Source: Myxococcota bacterium
GTDB lineage: Bacteria; Myxococcota_C; UBA6777
Length of the DNA: 47,173 nucleotides
Direction of reading: 5' to 3'
Assembly (NCBI GenBank): GCA_023150835.1
Contig: JAKLKB010000038.1
Coordinates: 1 to 47,173, forward strand
In this document: positions 1 through 8,392 of the stretch, one piece after another
How the letters are laid out: every line of letters begins with the position of its first letter
How positions within the stretch are numbered: position 1 is the stretch's first letter
The notes under the pieces: model-generated
Seen by the model: the letters and a program-made list of their open reading frames with translations, nothing else
Database searches by the model: none
Told to the model about the DNA's origin: nothing
Translations under genes and position numbers: made by a program

Positions 1-551
1 ACAGGATGGCTTTTCCCCGAACAACGAAAGATCGGCGCATCCCCCAGATACGCCGCGATGCTCTCCGAGGGCAATGTCGCCGACATCACCACGATCCGTA
101 GATCCTCTCGCACCTCCCGCTGGATCTGCATCAACATCCCCAGCACCAGATCTCCCACCAGATGCCGCTCGTGAAACTCATCCAAGATCACCACCCCCAC
201 CCCCACCAAAAATGGATCGGCCACCAAACGGCGTAACGCCAAACCCTCGGTCGTCACCAACAAACGCGTTGCTTCGCTCGCACACGAAGCAAAACGCACC
301 TGATAACCGACTTCTTCCCCCAACCGCCCTCCCCGCTCCCATGCGATGCGTTCGGCAGCTTGACGGGCCGCGATCCGACGCGGCTCCAACACCAACACCT
401 GCCCCTGCGCCAACCCCGCATCCAACAAAGCCGGCGGCACTCGCGTCGTCTTTCCTGCCCCGGGCGCTGCCTCCAGCACCATCCGAGACGATTCGCGCAA
501 AAGCTCCACAATCCTCGGAATATACGGATCGATCGGCAAGCCTTCTTTCAT
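1..551 (-). CDS. hrpB: ATP-dependent DEAH-box RNA helicase HrpB, N-terminal part (runs off the left edge)
   Basis: Absent from the ORF track. Manual translation from ATG at 551 gives MKEGLPIDPYIPRIVELL..VLEAAPGAGKTTRVPPALL..VLVLEPRRIAARQAAERIA..GEEVGYQVRF..TEG..VVILDEFHERHL..IVVMSATL, containing Walker A, motif Ia, DEFH and SAT motifs. Confidence 0.95.
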   Translation of the reverse strand, partial: MKEGLPIDPYIPRIVELLRESSRMVLEAAPGAGKTTRVPPALLDAGLAQGQVLVLEPRRIAARQAAERIAWERGGRLGEEVGYQVRFASCASEATRLLVTTEGLALRRLVADPFLVGVGVVILDEFHERHLVGDLVLGMLMQIQREVREDLRIVVMSATLPSESIAAYLGDAPIFRCSGKSHP

Positions 552-772
552 CACACCCCCTTCCATTTTGGACGAAAACACCTGTTCGGATGACGATACA
601 CAAGCGGCATCTTTTTTGCCAGAGCAACCCAACGCGCAGATCAAGCATCTACTCTATCCGCGCAGACGGCCAAAAAGACCGAGCAGGCCGCTTCTCGGCG
701 TGTCATCTTAACGATCTCGGTTGCCTTTGCAACGGCAACCCTACTTACCCCTCCCACAAAGGAGTCCTTCTC

Positions 773-1180
773 ATGAAGAAAGCATTGTTTTTGTTCGCCG
801 TATTGTCTGTTGTCTCCGCCCAATCGGGCTGCAAAACCATCCAATCTATGGACGAAAAAGCCAGCTCGATGGTCTCCGATCCCAACACCAAACAAAGTAT
901 CATGAGCAAACTCGTCGGATTGCTCGGCAAACAATCGGGCGATCAAAAAGAATCTACCATCAGCAAGATCGCTGCCTTCGGCTCCCGAGCTGTCCCCTCC
1001 CTTGTCAACGCCCTCAAAGGCGGCGACAAACCCACCAAACAAGGCGCGCTCGAAACCCTCGGTCGCATCGGGCCTGCCGCCAAACCCGCCGAACCCGAAG
1101 TCCAAAAAGCCGCCCAAAGCACCGACCCCGACATCAAAAGTGCCGCCACCTCCGCCCTCTCCAAAATCCTCGGCAAATAG
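773..1180 (+). CDS. Small HEAT-repeat lipoprotein
   Basis: AAAGGAG RBS at 758-764. Signal peptide MKKALFLFAVLSVVSAQSGC ends in a lipobox-like Cys. HEAT-like repeats AVPSLVNALK..ALETLGRIGPAAKPA..IKSAATSALSKI. Confidence 0.8.
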   Translation: MKKALFLFAVLSVVSAQSGCKTIQSMDEKASSMVSDPNTKQSIMSKLVGLLGKQSGDQKESTISKIAAFGSRAVPSLVNALKGGDKPTKQGALETLGRIGPAAKPAEPEVQKAAQSTDPDIKSAATSALSKILGK

Positions 1181-1320
1181 CATCCTCTTCTTTCCTCCTC
1201 CTGCTCTTCTTTCCTCCCCCTCTTCTTTCCTCCTGCTCTTTTTTCCTCCCCCTCTTCTTTCCTCCCCCTCCTCTTCTTCTTCTTTCCGTGCCTTCCGTGT
1301 TTTCCGTGGACTCTTCTTCG
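1181..1320. repeat. Polypyrimidine low-complexity tract ending in a TTCCGTG 9-mer motif
   Basis: ~100 nt of almost pure C/T followed by ttccgtgccttccgtgttttccgtggactcttctt. The 26-mer ttccgtgttttccgtggactcttctt recurs at ~6051-6076. Confidence 0.7.
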
Positions 1321-1390
1321 GCGGAGTGAGATCTCCACCATCTCATTTCAAGACACTCCCCCACGACCCCAAGCCAAGGCCCCGATTCAC

Positions 1391-1419
1391 TTGACGTCTT
1401 TGTGGGGCTTCTCTACACT
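1391..1419 (+). promoter_or_regulatory. Putative sigma70 promoter
   Basis: TTGACG-N17-TACACT about 60 nt upstream of the 1479 ATG. Confidence 0.55.
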
Positions 1420-1478
1420 CCAACCCGCTCACGCAACAAGCTCTCTCCGCAAAAATCAATCATGATCAGGATTTGTGT

Positions 1479-4400
1479 ATGCGCAAACACCGCCGAAAAA
1501 CAAAAGGCAGCCTTCAACTATTCCAAACACAACCAACACAAACGCCCGTATGTAGGGGGCGTTGGTTGGCTTTGATTGGTGTATTTGTTTTTTGGGTGCT
1601 GCTGTTTCCGACGCCAGCGCCTGCGCAAACAGCGTTTTCTTACGAAGGCTTTCCCGGCCTATCCGACTTTGAATTGAGCGGATCTACCGAAGAAGCGGCC
1701 AAAGACCCCAAACGTGGGAAGGCATTGCGCATCACCAACGCGTACAGCAGCGCAGGGGGCGCGTTCTACAAGAAGCCGATCGATTTGTCTCAAAACAGTT
1801 CTTTTAGCTCTTACTTTTCATTTCGCCTCCACGAACCACGCGGCGAGATCGACGGAGCAGACAAATTGCAAGGAGCGGACGGACTGCTGTTTGTGGTTCA
1901 GACAACCAGCAACCAGATCGGAGAAGGTGGCGCAGGCATCGGATATGGCGGTCTCAAAAACAGCCTTGCGATCGAATTCGATACATGGAAAAACGACTAC
2001 GATCCAGACGGAAACCACGTTGGCATCAACACCAACGGTGAGATGAAGTCGATTGTCACAAAACACATCCAAACGCCCCTAAACAACGGAAAAGTCTGGC
2101 ATACGTGGGTGGATTACGATGGCAAACGGCACATCCTTGAAGTGCGCCTCTCCACCACGGAACAACGCCCGTACAAGCCGACCCTTCGCCACAAGCTCGA
2201 TCTCCAAAAGACCTTAAAGCAGCAGCGTGTCTATGTCGGATTCACCGCAGGCACCGGTGCATCGGGCAATATACACGATGTCTTGCGCTGGCATTTTCGC
2301 GGCCAATTTTCTCCCATCGGCGGAGAACAGAGCCTCCAAGTCATCGAAGACATACCGCACACGCTCATCCCTGATCAGCTTGGCATCATCTTCGATGCGT
2401 CGGGTTCGATGCGTGCGCGAATCTCAAAAAAAGAAACCCGCATGATGCTTGCCAAGCGCGCAATGCGCGATGTTCTCGACGAGATCCCCGATCACGTGCA
2501 GATCGGTTGGATGGCTTTTGGACATCGCTATCGCTCCACCCCCCATGCCCGTAGTTGCGGTGATATCGAGATGTTGGTGCCTTTTGCCGATAACAACAAA
2601 GCCGCGATTCAACGCGCCATCGAAAACATCCGACCGCGTGGCGAAACTCCTATCGGTCGGGCTTTGTGGCAGATAGGACAACAATTTCAGCGCAACCGCA
2701 CGAAAAAGTGGATCATCGTCCTCACCGATGGGATCGAGACTTGCGACCCCACCCCTCGCCATCCTCACTACCCTCTGCGAGTCATCCGCGATCTTCGCAA
2801 ACAAGGCATCGATCTGCGCGTCAACCTCGTGGGCTTCGGCATCCGCCAAAAAGCCACCCATCGCTTGTTGTACCGCATCGCCCAACAAGGCGGCGGCATC
2901 TATCTTCAAGCCCAAAAAGAACAAGACCTCCGCCGATCTCTTCGCAACGCGCTTACAGTACCCGTCCTCATCCGCGATCATCAAGGCCGCCTGCTCGCCC
3001 AAACCTCGCTCAACGGTTCCAAAGTCGCCCTCGAATCAGGCGATTACCGCATCGACGTGATGACACAGCCACCTGTCCTCGATCAGCCCGTCTCCTTGCA
3101 CAAAAACCAGCAGCTTCGACTCCGCCTCTCCCACTCAAACGGCTCCTTCCGGCTTCTTCTCCCCCCGCCACCACCCCAAATCATCGCAGCCACAACCCCC
3201 CGACATGCCGCGATCTCCACACCACACCACACCCACTCCCCCACAAATCCCCGAACGACCGAAACCATCCCACCCAACACCACAACACCTCCCACAAATC
3301 CCCGAACGACCGAAACCATCCCACCCAACACCACAACACCTCCCACAAATCCCCGAACGACCGAAACCATCCCACCCAAAACCTCGACGCCACCCACAAC
3401 CCCCCGAACGGCTGAAGCCGCCCCGCACAAAGCCACTCCACCCAAAACCACCACTCCATCCAAGGAGGCCCGTCCCTCCGTGCCCACCACAACCCAAACG
3501 GCTGTGCCAACGACCGCTCCGCTCGGCGGCTGCCCAGCGGCCCCAAAGCACAGCAAAGCGTTGTATACGTGGTTTGTGAAGCAATTTTCATTTGAGGTGT
3601 ACGAGGGCTCACTGCGCGGCGTATCGGGCGTTTGCGAAAGCAAGGCAGGAAACAGCGTCGATCTATCGCTCTTGTTGGCGACATGGCTCAAAGAACGCGG
3701 AAAGACGGTGCGGATCGCAACAACGAAACTTTCTGACGCAGAACAAGCAGCGGTCTTTCGAGCCTTTGTGCAACAAAAAGCGCAGCGATGGAAAACATAT
3801 CAAGAAGCCATCAACGCGAATCGCTCTTTTGAAGAGGCCATTGCAACCCTGATCGAGCGCATGGATACATTTGCGGATATCCCTTATCTGCGAGGATTGT
3901 TGCAAAGCACACCTTCGCTTCGGGAAGTCTGGACAGCCCTTGCTCTGCAACGATTTTTGCGAGAACGCCCCGAAGATCTTTATCAAGGATTGATGGAAGA
4001 AGTGGAAAAAGTCTGGCCTCCACAAGCAGAGCAAGCCAAACAGGCTTTTTCTGCACAAACGGGCGCTTTGCGTGCGATGCTGCGCGAACACACATGGGTT
4101 CAATACAAACAAGGCGAGAAATGGGTGGATCTTGATCCGGCGCTCCGTCTTCCGATAGGCCGATCGCTGCGGGCTGCACAACAACATCGCTCACTCGATG
4201 CTTTTTTGCAAACACTCCCCACTCATCGCCTTCGCTTCGAGCTAACCGCCACTTTTCAAGCAGGAAATCAGCGCAAAGACATCACACTCCTTGAGACCTC
4301 CGCCCCTGCGCATGAATGGGCCAAAGCCCCGATCATCTTGCGCTTTTCTCCCACCGATCAAAAGTTCGACCAATCCCCCCTCACTTCGGCAATCCAAAAC

Positions 4401-5861
4401 GTACTCTCCGCCAACGAAGGCGGCTTGCCTTACCAACCGCTCCTCTTGTTCGGCAAGAAAGTGATCACAGGAGCGCCTCTTCGGATCAAAGACTGGCGTC
4501 CCACCAAAGCCAGCGATCCCTTTTTCTCAGGACTCGACGAAAAAGTACCGCCCCCCTCCCAACGCCCCGAAATTGCACGCATTGTGCTTACGCTACACCG
4601 CACTTCTCCAGACGGTCAGACGAACACCACACGCCGCATCCTCTTGGACCGCGTCGGCGCAGAACAAGCCCTCTCAACGGGGGCTTGGGCGCTCGCCCCC
4701 CTTCAACCTCATCACTTCTCCGCGCTGCGCCTCATCCGCGTGTATCATGCTTCTGTTGGATCTTCCACCTCAAGCAGCCTCCCCTCACAAAAGCTCCTCT
4801 CGAATCCCTTCCTACGGGGGCTTTCGACGATCGCGGAAATCTTCCAACGCTATATCGATCACCAACACAACCTCGGATCCGACGGTCTTTCCTTCGGTTA
4901 TCGTGCTGCGCCTTCGGTCGTTGCGGTCGTTGCCTCGCCACATGATCTCCCCAATTCCCCGCCTCCAAAATACACGCATCTACCGCTGCTTTCGCTCGAT
5001 ATCTTGCGCCAAGGTTGGCAGCCGCTTCAATACGATTCTCCTGCACGCTCAGGACTACAAGCCGCTGCCGTCGAACACGCTTGGATGGAGCTTTTGCGCT
5101 CCGCCCTTCCATCGCCCTACCAAACCGCCCAAGCCTCGGTCTTCTCCATCTTTTACGAAGCCAAACAACAAAAGATCCCCTTGCGCCTCATCCACGACGC
5201 TTCGCAACTCGCCAAACTTGCCCTCTCTTCCGAACAAAAAGCCTTGCTCGCACCACATCTCCACAAACACAAGATCATCGTCCCTGAGCGGCCTGTCCTC
5301 TTCCACAACCAGCCTCGCATGGCTTGGCTGCGGATACATCGCACGCTCCACCAATGGAGCGATCACCTCGATACAGACGGACGTTCCGCTTGGACCGAGT
5401 ACGCGACAAAATTGGGACAAGAACTCAAAACCGCGCCCTTTTGGGGCTGCTTTTTTGCGCTCAACGCGGCACTCGCCAGTTTTGCAGCCTCTCGTTTTTC
5501 AAACGATCCAGCAGTGTCAAGCAAACTCAATACAGCAACGTTTGTATTGGCCACCGCTTCGCTTCTCTTGGGAACAACAGGTTGTGAAGCTTCCACATCA
5601 CGCCAAGTCACGGCTCTGCTTTGGGCCAGTTTGCTTGCTGAATACCGCTTCCTTCTGTCACCTTCCACCACACCACCCGCCTCCACAACACCACCCACCT
5701 CTAACACACCACCTGCCTCTAACACACCACCTGCCTCCAACACTCCGCATCCACCGCCCCCTCCAAGAAGGCACCGACGCAGCAGCCCCCAACAGCGAGG
5801 CCCGCAACGCATTCAATACCAACACCGATCCTCCGGCACTTACGAGATCCAACATCGCTAA
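1479..5861 (+). CDS. Large secreted multidomain protein: legume (L-type) lectin + vWA + Pro/Thr linker + transglutaminase-like domain
   Basis: N-terminal hydrophobic signal. Lectin motifs GADGLLFVVQ, SLAIEFDTWKN..DPDGNHVGIN, VYVGFTAGTG. vWA MIDAS DASGSM, GETPIG, VLTDGIETC. TGase-like YEGSLRG..GNSVDLSLLLATWL..HTWVQY..WVDLDP. Confidence 0.85.
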   Translation: MRKHRRKTKGSLQLFQTQPTQTPVCRGRWLALIGVFVFWVLLFPTPAPAQTAFSYEGFPGLSDFELSGSTEEAAKDPKRGKALRITNAYSSAGGAFYKKPIDLSQNSSFSSYFSFRLHEPRGEIDGADKLQGADGLLFVVQTTSNQIGEGGAGIGYGGLKNSLAIEFDTWKNDYDPDGNHVGINTNGEMKSIVTKHIQTPLNNGKVWHTWVDYDGKRHILEVRLSTTEQRPYKPTLRHKLDLQKTLKQQRVYVGFTAGTGASGNIHDVLRWHFRGQFSPIGGEQSLQVIEDIPHTLIPDQLGIIFDASGSMRARISKKETRMMLAKRAMRDVLDEIPDHVQIGWMAFGHRYRSTPHARSCGDIEMLVPFADNNKAAIQRAIENIRPRGETPIGRALWQIGQQFQRNRTKKWIIVLTDGIETCDPTPRHPHYPLRVIRDLRKQGIDLRVNLVGFGIRQKATHRLLYRIAQQGGGIYLQAQKEQDLRRSLRNALTVPVLIRDHQGRLLAQTSLNGSKVALESGDYRIDVMTQPPVLDQPVSLHKNQQLRLRLSHSNGSFRLLLPPPPPQIIAATTPRHAAISTPHHTHSPTNPRTTETIPPNTTTPPTNPRTTETIPPNTTTPPTNPRTTETIPPKTSTPPTTPRTAEAAPHKATPPKTTTPSKEARPSVPTTTQTAVPTTAPLGGCPAAPKHSKALYTWFVKQFSFEVYEGSLRGVSGVCESKAGNSVDLSLLLATWLKERGKTVRIATTKLSDAEQAAVFRAFVQQKAQRWKTYQEAINANRSFEEAIATLIERMDTFADIPYLRGLLQSTPSLREVWTALALQRFLRERPEDLYQGLMEEVEKVWPPQAEQAKQAFSAQTGALRAMLREHTWVQYKQGEKWVDLDPALRLPIGRSLRAAQQHRSLDAFLQTLPTHRLRFELTATFQAGNQRKDITLLETSAPAHEWAKAPIILRFSPTDQKFDQSPLTSAIQNVLSANEGGLPYQPLLLFGKKVITGAPLRIKDWRPTKASDPFFSGLDEKVPPPSQRPEIARIVLTLHRTSPDGQTNTTRRILLDRVGAEQALSTGAWALAPLQPHHFSALRLIRVYHASVGSSTSSSLPSQKLLSNPFLRGLSTIAEIFQRYIDHQHNLGSDGLSFGYRAAPSVVAVVASPHDLPNSPPPKYTHLPLLSLDILRQGWQPLQYDSPARSGLQAAAVEHAWMELLRSALPSPYQTAQASVFSIFYEAKQQKIPLRLIHDASQLAKLALSSEQKALLAPHLHKHKIIVPERPVLFHNQPRMAWLRIHRTLHQWSDHLDTDGRSAWTEYATKLGQELKTAPFWGCFFALNAALASFAASRFSNDPAVSSKLNTATFVLATASLLLGTTGCEASTSRQVTALLWASLLAEYRFLLSPSTTPPASTTPPTSNTPPASNTPPASNTPHPPPPPRRHRRSSPQQRGPQRIQYQHRSSGTYEIQHR
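3240..3410 (+). repeat. In-frame 51-bp tandem repeat (PTNPRTTETIPPNTTTP, ~3 copies)
   Basis: cccacaaatccccgaacgaccgaaaccatcccacccaacaccacaacacct repeated. Confidence 0.9.
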
Positions 5862-5910
5862 AGCCTCCGCCAAGAGACCTCCACGTTCTCATACTTCCCT
5901 ACTTCCCTAC

Positions 5911-6006
5911 GTGATCGTGCGAGAGTGCGTAGACGCCCGATTGTTGGGCAGCCACAGGGGGCTGCCCCTACCTCTTTACGATCACACAGCCGGCGGATTT
6001 CGTATT
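5911..6006. repeat. GTAG-type REP-containing dispersed repeat (family A)
   Basis: gtagacgcccga..gggcagccacagggggctgcccctac..cgatcacac..gcggatttcgtat. Homologous copies at 12729, 12881, 19227, 26235 and 45028. Confidence 0.85.
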
Positions 6007-6115
6007 ACGAAGCGTGAAACTCCCTCTAGTCGTATTATATGATATCTCCTTTCCGTGTTTTCCGTGGACTCTTCTTTCCTTGGACTTTCTATGATGGAAA
6101 CCAAAGACAAACCCA

Positions 6116-6300
6116 TCACACTGATCGCACCAACCGAACAGAGCGGGCCACGCCTTCTTCAAGCAACTGGATCAGCACAGGATCCATCCGCTCGAATTCA
6201 TCGGGGATATCCAAACACACGAGCTTTTTGTCCCTCAGCATCTCCCGAAACTGCTTGGCAACCTTGTTGCGGTGGTAGCGTTCCATCACAAAGATCACAT
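6116..6300 (-). pseudogene. C-terminal fragment of a small low-molecular-weight phosphotyrosine phosphatase-like protein
   Basis: VIFVMERYHRNKVAKQF..LVCLDIPDEFERMDPVLIQLLEEGV resembles the C-terminal half of this family. The N-terminal CxxxxxRS P-loop is missing. Confidence 0.7.
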
Positions 6301-6548
6301 TTCCAACAAGCAACGCAACTTCAATCTCATGGCGCGGAGGCTTTGCCGCGCTTTGTCAACGAAGCCCTCGGAGATTATCGCCCTACAGCAGGAAGTGCGA
6401 TGATCGACCAAGGACAACGGATCGACGGGATCAATTCGACAGAAACCCCTCTGCCCAACGAGCTCCCAACGCAACAAGAGGCCCCTGTATCGGACGAAAA
6501 CGCAAACCAAGAAGCCCCTGCATCGGATGGAAACACAAAGCAACCAAT
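6301..6548 (+). pseudogene. Fragment of the C-terminal cap of a right-handed beta-helix (choice-of-anchor Q-like) protein
   Basis: PRFVNEALGDYRPTAGSAMIDQGQRIDGIN resembles the P.FV....GDY.L..GSPAID.G motif. No start codon or upstream beta-helix body is visible. Confidence 0.5.
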
Positions 6549-8159
6549 TTATTTGCCCAACAAAGCCACGCACAACCTAGCGCGGGACACTGTGCCGACG
6601 ATTTGGTTGTTGACAGCGACCGGCAAGCGGCGGATCTGCTTGGACACCATGATATCAGCCACCTTCATCAAATCGTCTTCTGGCGATAGCACGATAGGAT
6701 GAGTGATCACCAAGTCAGAAATACGCTCGGGAGCGCGCACTCGTCCATTAATCGAAAGCAATTCAAACCTTTCCAACAACGAATCGGTTTGATTTTGATC
6801 CGATTGTGGCAAGAGATAACGGATCAAATCTCCCTCGGACAATACGCCGATAAATTCACCCTTGCCGTCCACAACGACGAGATCGCTCGCAGACGTGCGC
6901 TCCACGATCTCTGCCGCTTGACGAAGTGTCGCATCCATCCGGATGGTCTCGACGTTTGTGGACATGATATCGCGAACCTTCAAAGAACCTGTATGCGAAG
7001 TGTGGTAAGCGCTCACCATCTCTTTGGCGGACGAAGGTCGGAATTGCTGGATCGCCGCTTCGTGGATATCGACCCACTCTGCCTCTTTTGCTTTGGCTGC
7101 GATCACCGAAACAATCAACTCCTCTCCGATCATCAAGCCACGCGACGTTCCATGATCCGCGATGCCAACGCCCTTGTATTCGCTTGGGCTGTAAAATGGA
7201 AATCCGCCAAACAAGCGAAATCCTACCCGTTGCAATCGCGCCACCCAACTGCTTGTTAGCTCATGCCGTTCGGCACGCAATTCTTCTTTGTTTGCCAAGA
7301 TATCGTCGATCTCTCTGGAAAAAAACAACTTCATCGCGCTTTTGTCGCGCTCTGGGATCGCCAATCGATCGATGTAATCGAACATTGTATGAAAATGCCG
7401 CCAGCAAGCCTTGTATCGAACGAAAAAATCGGGATGAAAGTGGTCGGAATTCGGTTCAACCAAAACAAAAACGGTGGGATCGAGTGCCTTGATCCGCGCA
7501 AAAACTTCATCTCGCGCCACAGCAGCACCGTTGCCGTTGCTTTGGATGTGATGCGCTGCAAAGGCTGAGTTCACAACCAGTTCAGACGAACCGACAACAT
7601 CAGAAATCTTCGACCAATCAGCCTCTGTTAACTCTTCACCTGCCTTCAAAAAGCCAATTACCTCGATCGACAAACCCAAGAATTGCGCTGTGCTTTTCAA
7701 GGAATGTTCGGCTTCTTGCAAACTGCTTTGCCCCGGCTCGATCGCGATCACTGTAAGCTTTCTCGGCAAGGCTTGGTGTTGATGCAAAAGCTTCAGCAAA
7801 GCAACTTCTTGTTGGGCTGTTCCGATGCCTAAATCCATAAGAACGACATGATCTCGATTCGCAAGATAACCCGCCAAAAGTTCATTGGCGATCTGCCCGC
7901 TCATCGTCACCATCGGATAATTCTGAGCAAGTAGATTAAACAAAGAGATCTGAGACAGATTTAATTCCCGTAAATATAAATTAACCGCAGCTAAGTCCCG
8001 TTGGATTCGCCTTGCCAAAGCGTTCACAAAAATAGAAACGCTTAAATCCTTTGGCAACATCATGGCTTGGGCCGTTTCGTCGATGAGCCGACTCGCATCC
8101 ATTCGTCGGTCTTCGTCGATGGCTTGGGCGATCCGATGCAAATTGGATTCAATGGACAT
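6549..8159 (-). CDS. GRAS-family domain protein fused to a C-terminal CBS domain pair
   Basis: GRAS motifs FVNALARRI, ANELL..HVVLMDLGIGTAQQ (VHIID region), VVNSAFAAHHI, LDPTVFVLVEPNSDH..F..R...CWRHFHTMFD (PFYRE region), REIDDILA..RAERHE..SWVARLQRVGF (SAW region). Then CBS motifs VRDIMS..LVVVD..GVLSEGDL and RRLPV..VGTVSR. GGAGAG RBS upstream. Confidence 0.88.
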   Translation of the reverse strand: MSIESNLHRIAQAIDEDRRMDASRLIDETAQAMMLPKDLSVSIFVNALARRIQRDLAAVNLYLRELNLSQISLFNLLAQNYPMVTMSGQIANELLAGYLANRDHVVLMDLGIGTAQQEVALLKLLHQHQALPRKLTVIAIEPGQSSLQEAEHSLKSTAQFLGLSIEVIGFLKAGEELTEADWSKISDVVGSSELVVNSAFAAHHIQSNGNGAAVARDEVFARIKALDPTVFVLVEPNSDHFHPDFFVRYKACWRHFHTMFDYIDRLAIPERDKSAMKLFFSREIDDILANKEELRAERHELTSSWVARLQRVGFRLFGGFPFYSPSEYKGVGIADHGTSRGLMIGEELIVSVIAAKAKEAEWVDIHEAAIQQFRPSSAKEMVSAYHTSHTGSLKVRDIMSTNVETIRMDATLRQAAEIVERTSASDLVVVDGKGEFIGVLSEGDLIRYLLPQSDQNQTDSLLERFELLSINGRVRAPERISDLVITHPIVLSPEDDLMKVADIMVSKQIRRLPVAVNNQIVGTVSRARLCVALLGK

Positions 8160-8275
8160 AACGCTCTCCCTTGTGATGAGAGGATGACGCTGCAGTCTCG
8201 TATGAGAACATGACGATCACCCGAAGATTTTCTGCATGGGTACGGGGTATAGACAACAAGATCAGCGAAGTCAAG

Positions 8276-8391
8276 ACTCGTCCTCTTGGATAGCGCAAGA
8301 CGGATACGGTGGGTGCGGGCCTTGCGGGGGGAGGCGAGCCCCTCGGTTCGAGTACTCGTCCTCTTGGATAGCGCAAGACGGATACGGTGGG
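8276..8391. repeat. Two perfect 38-bp direct repeats separated by a 40-bp spacer
   Basis: actcgtcctcttggatagcgcaagacggatacggtggg at 8276-8313 and 8354-8391. Confidence 0.9.
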
Positions 8392-8392
8392 A

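Noticed and set aside
74-772. Pro-rich N-terminal part of the 368-aa ORF
   Set aside because: Antisense shadow of hrpB; the real gene starts at 773 with an RBS and signal peptide.
8314-8360. tRNA (GGTTCGAGT resembles a T-loop)
   Set aside because: No acceptor stem, D-arm or anticodon arm can be built.
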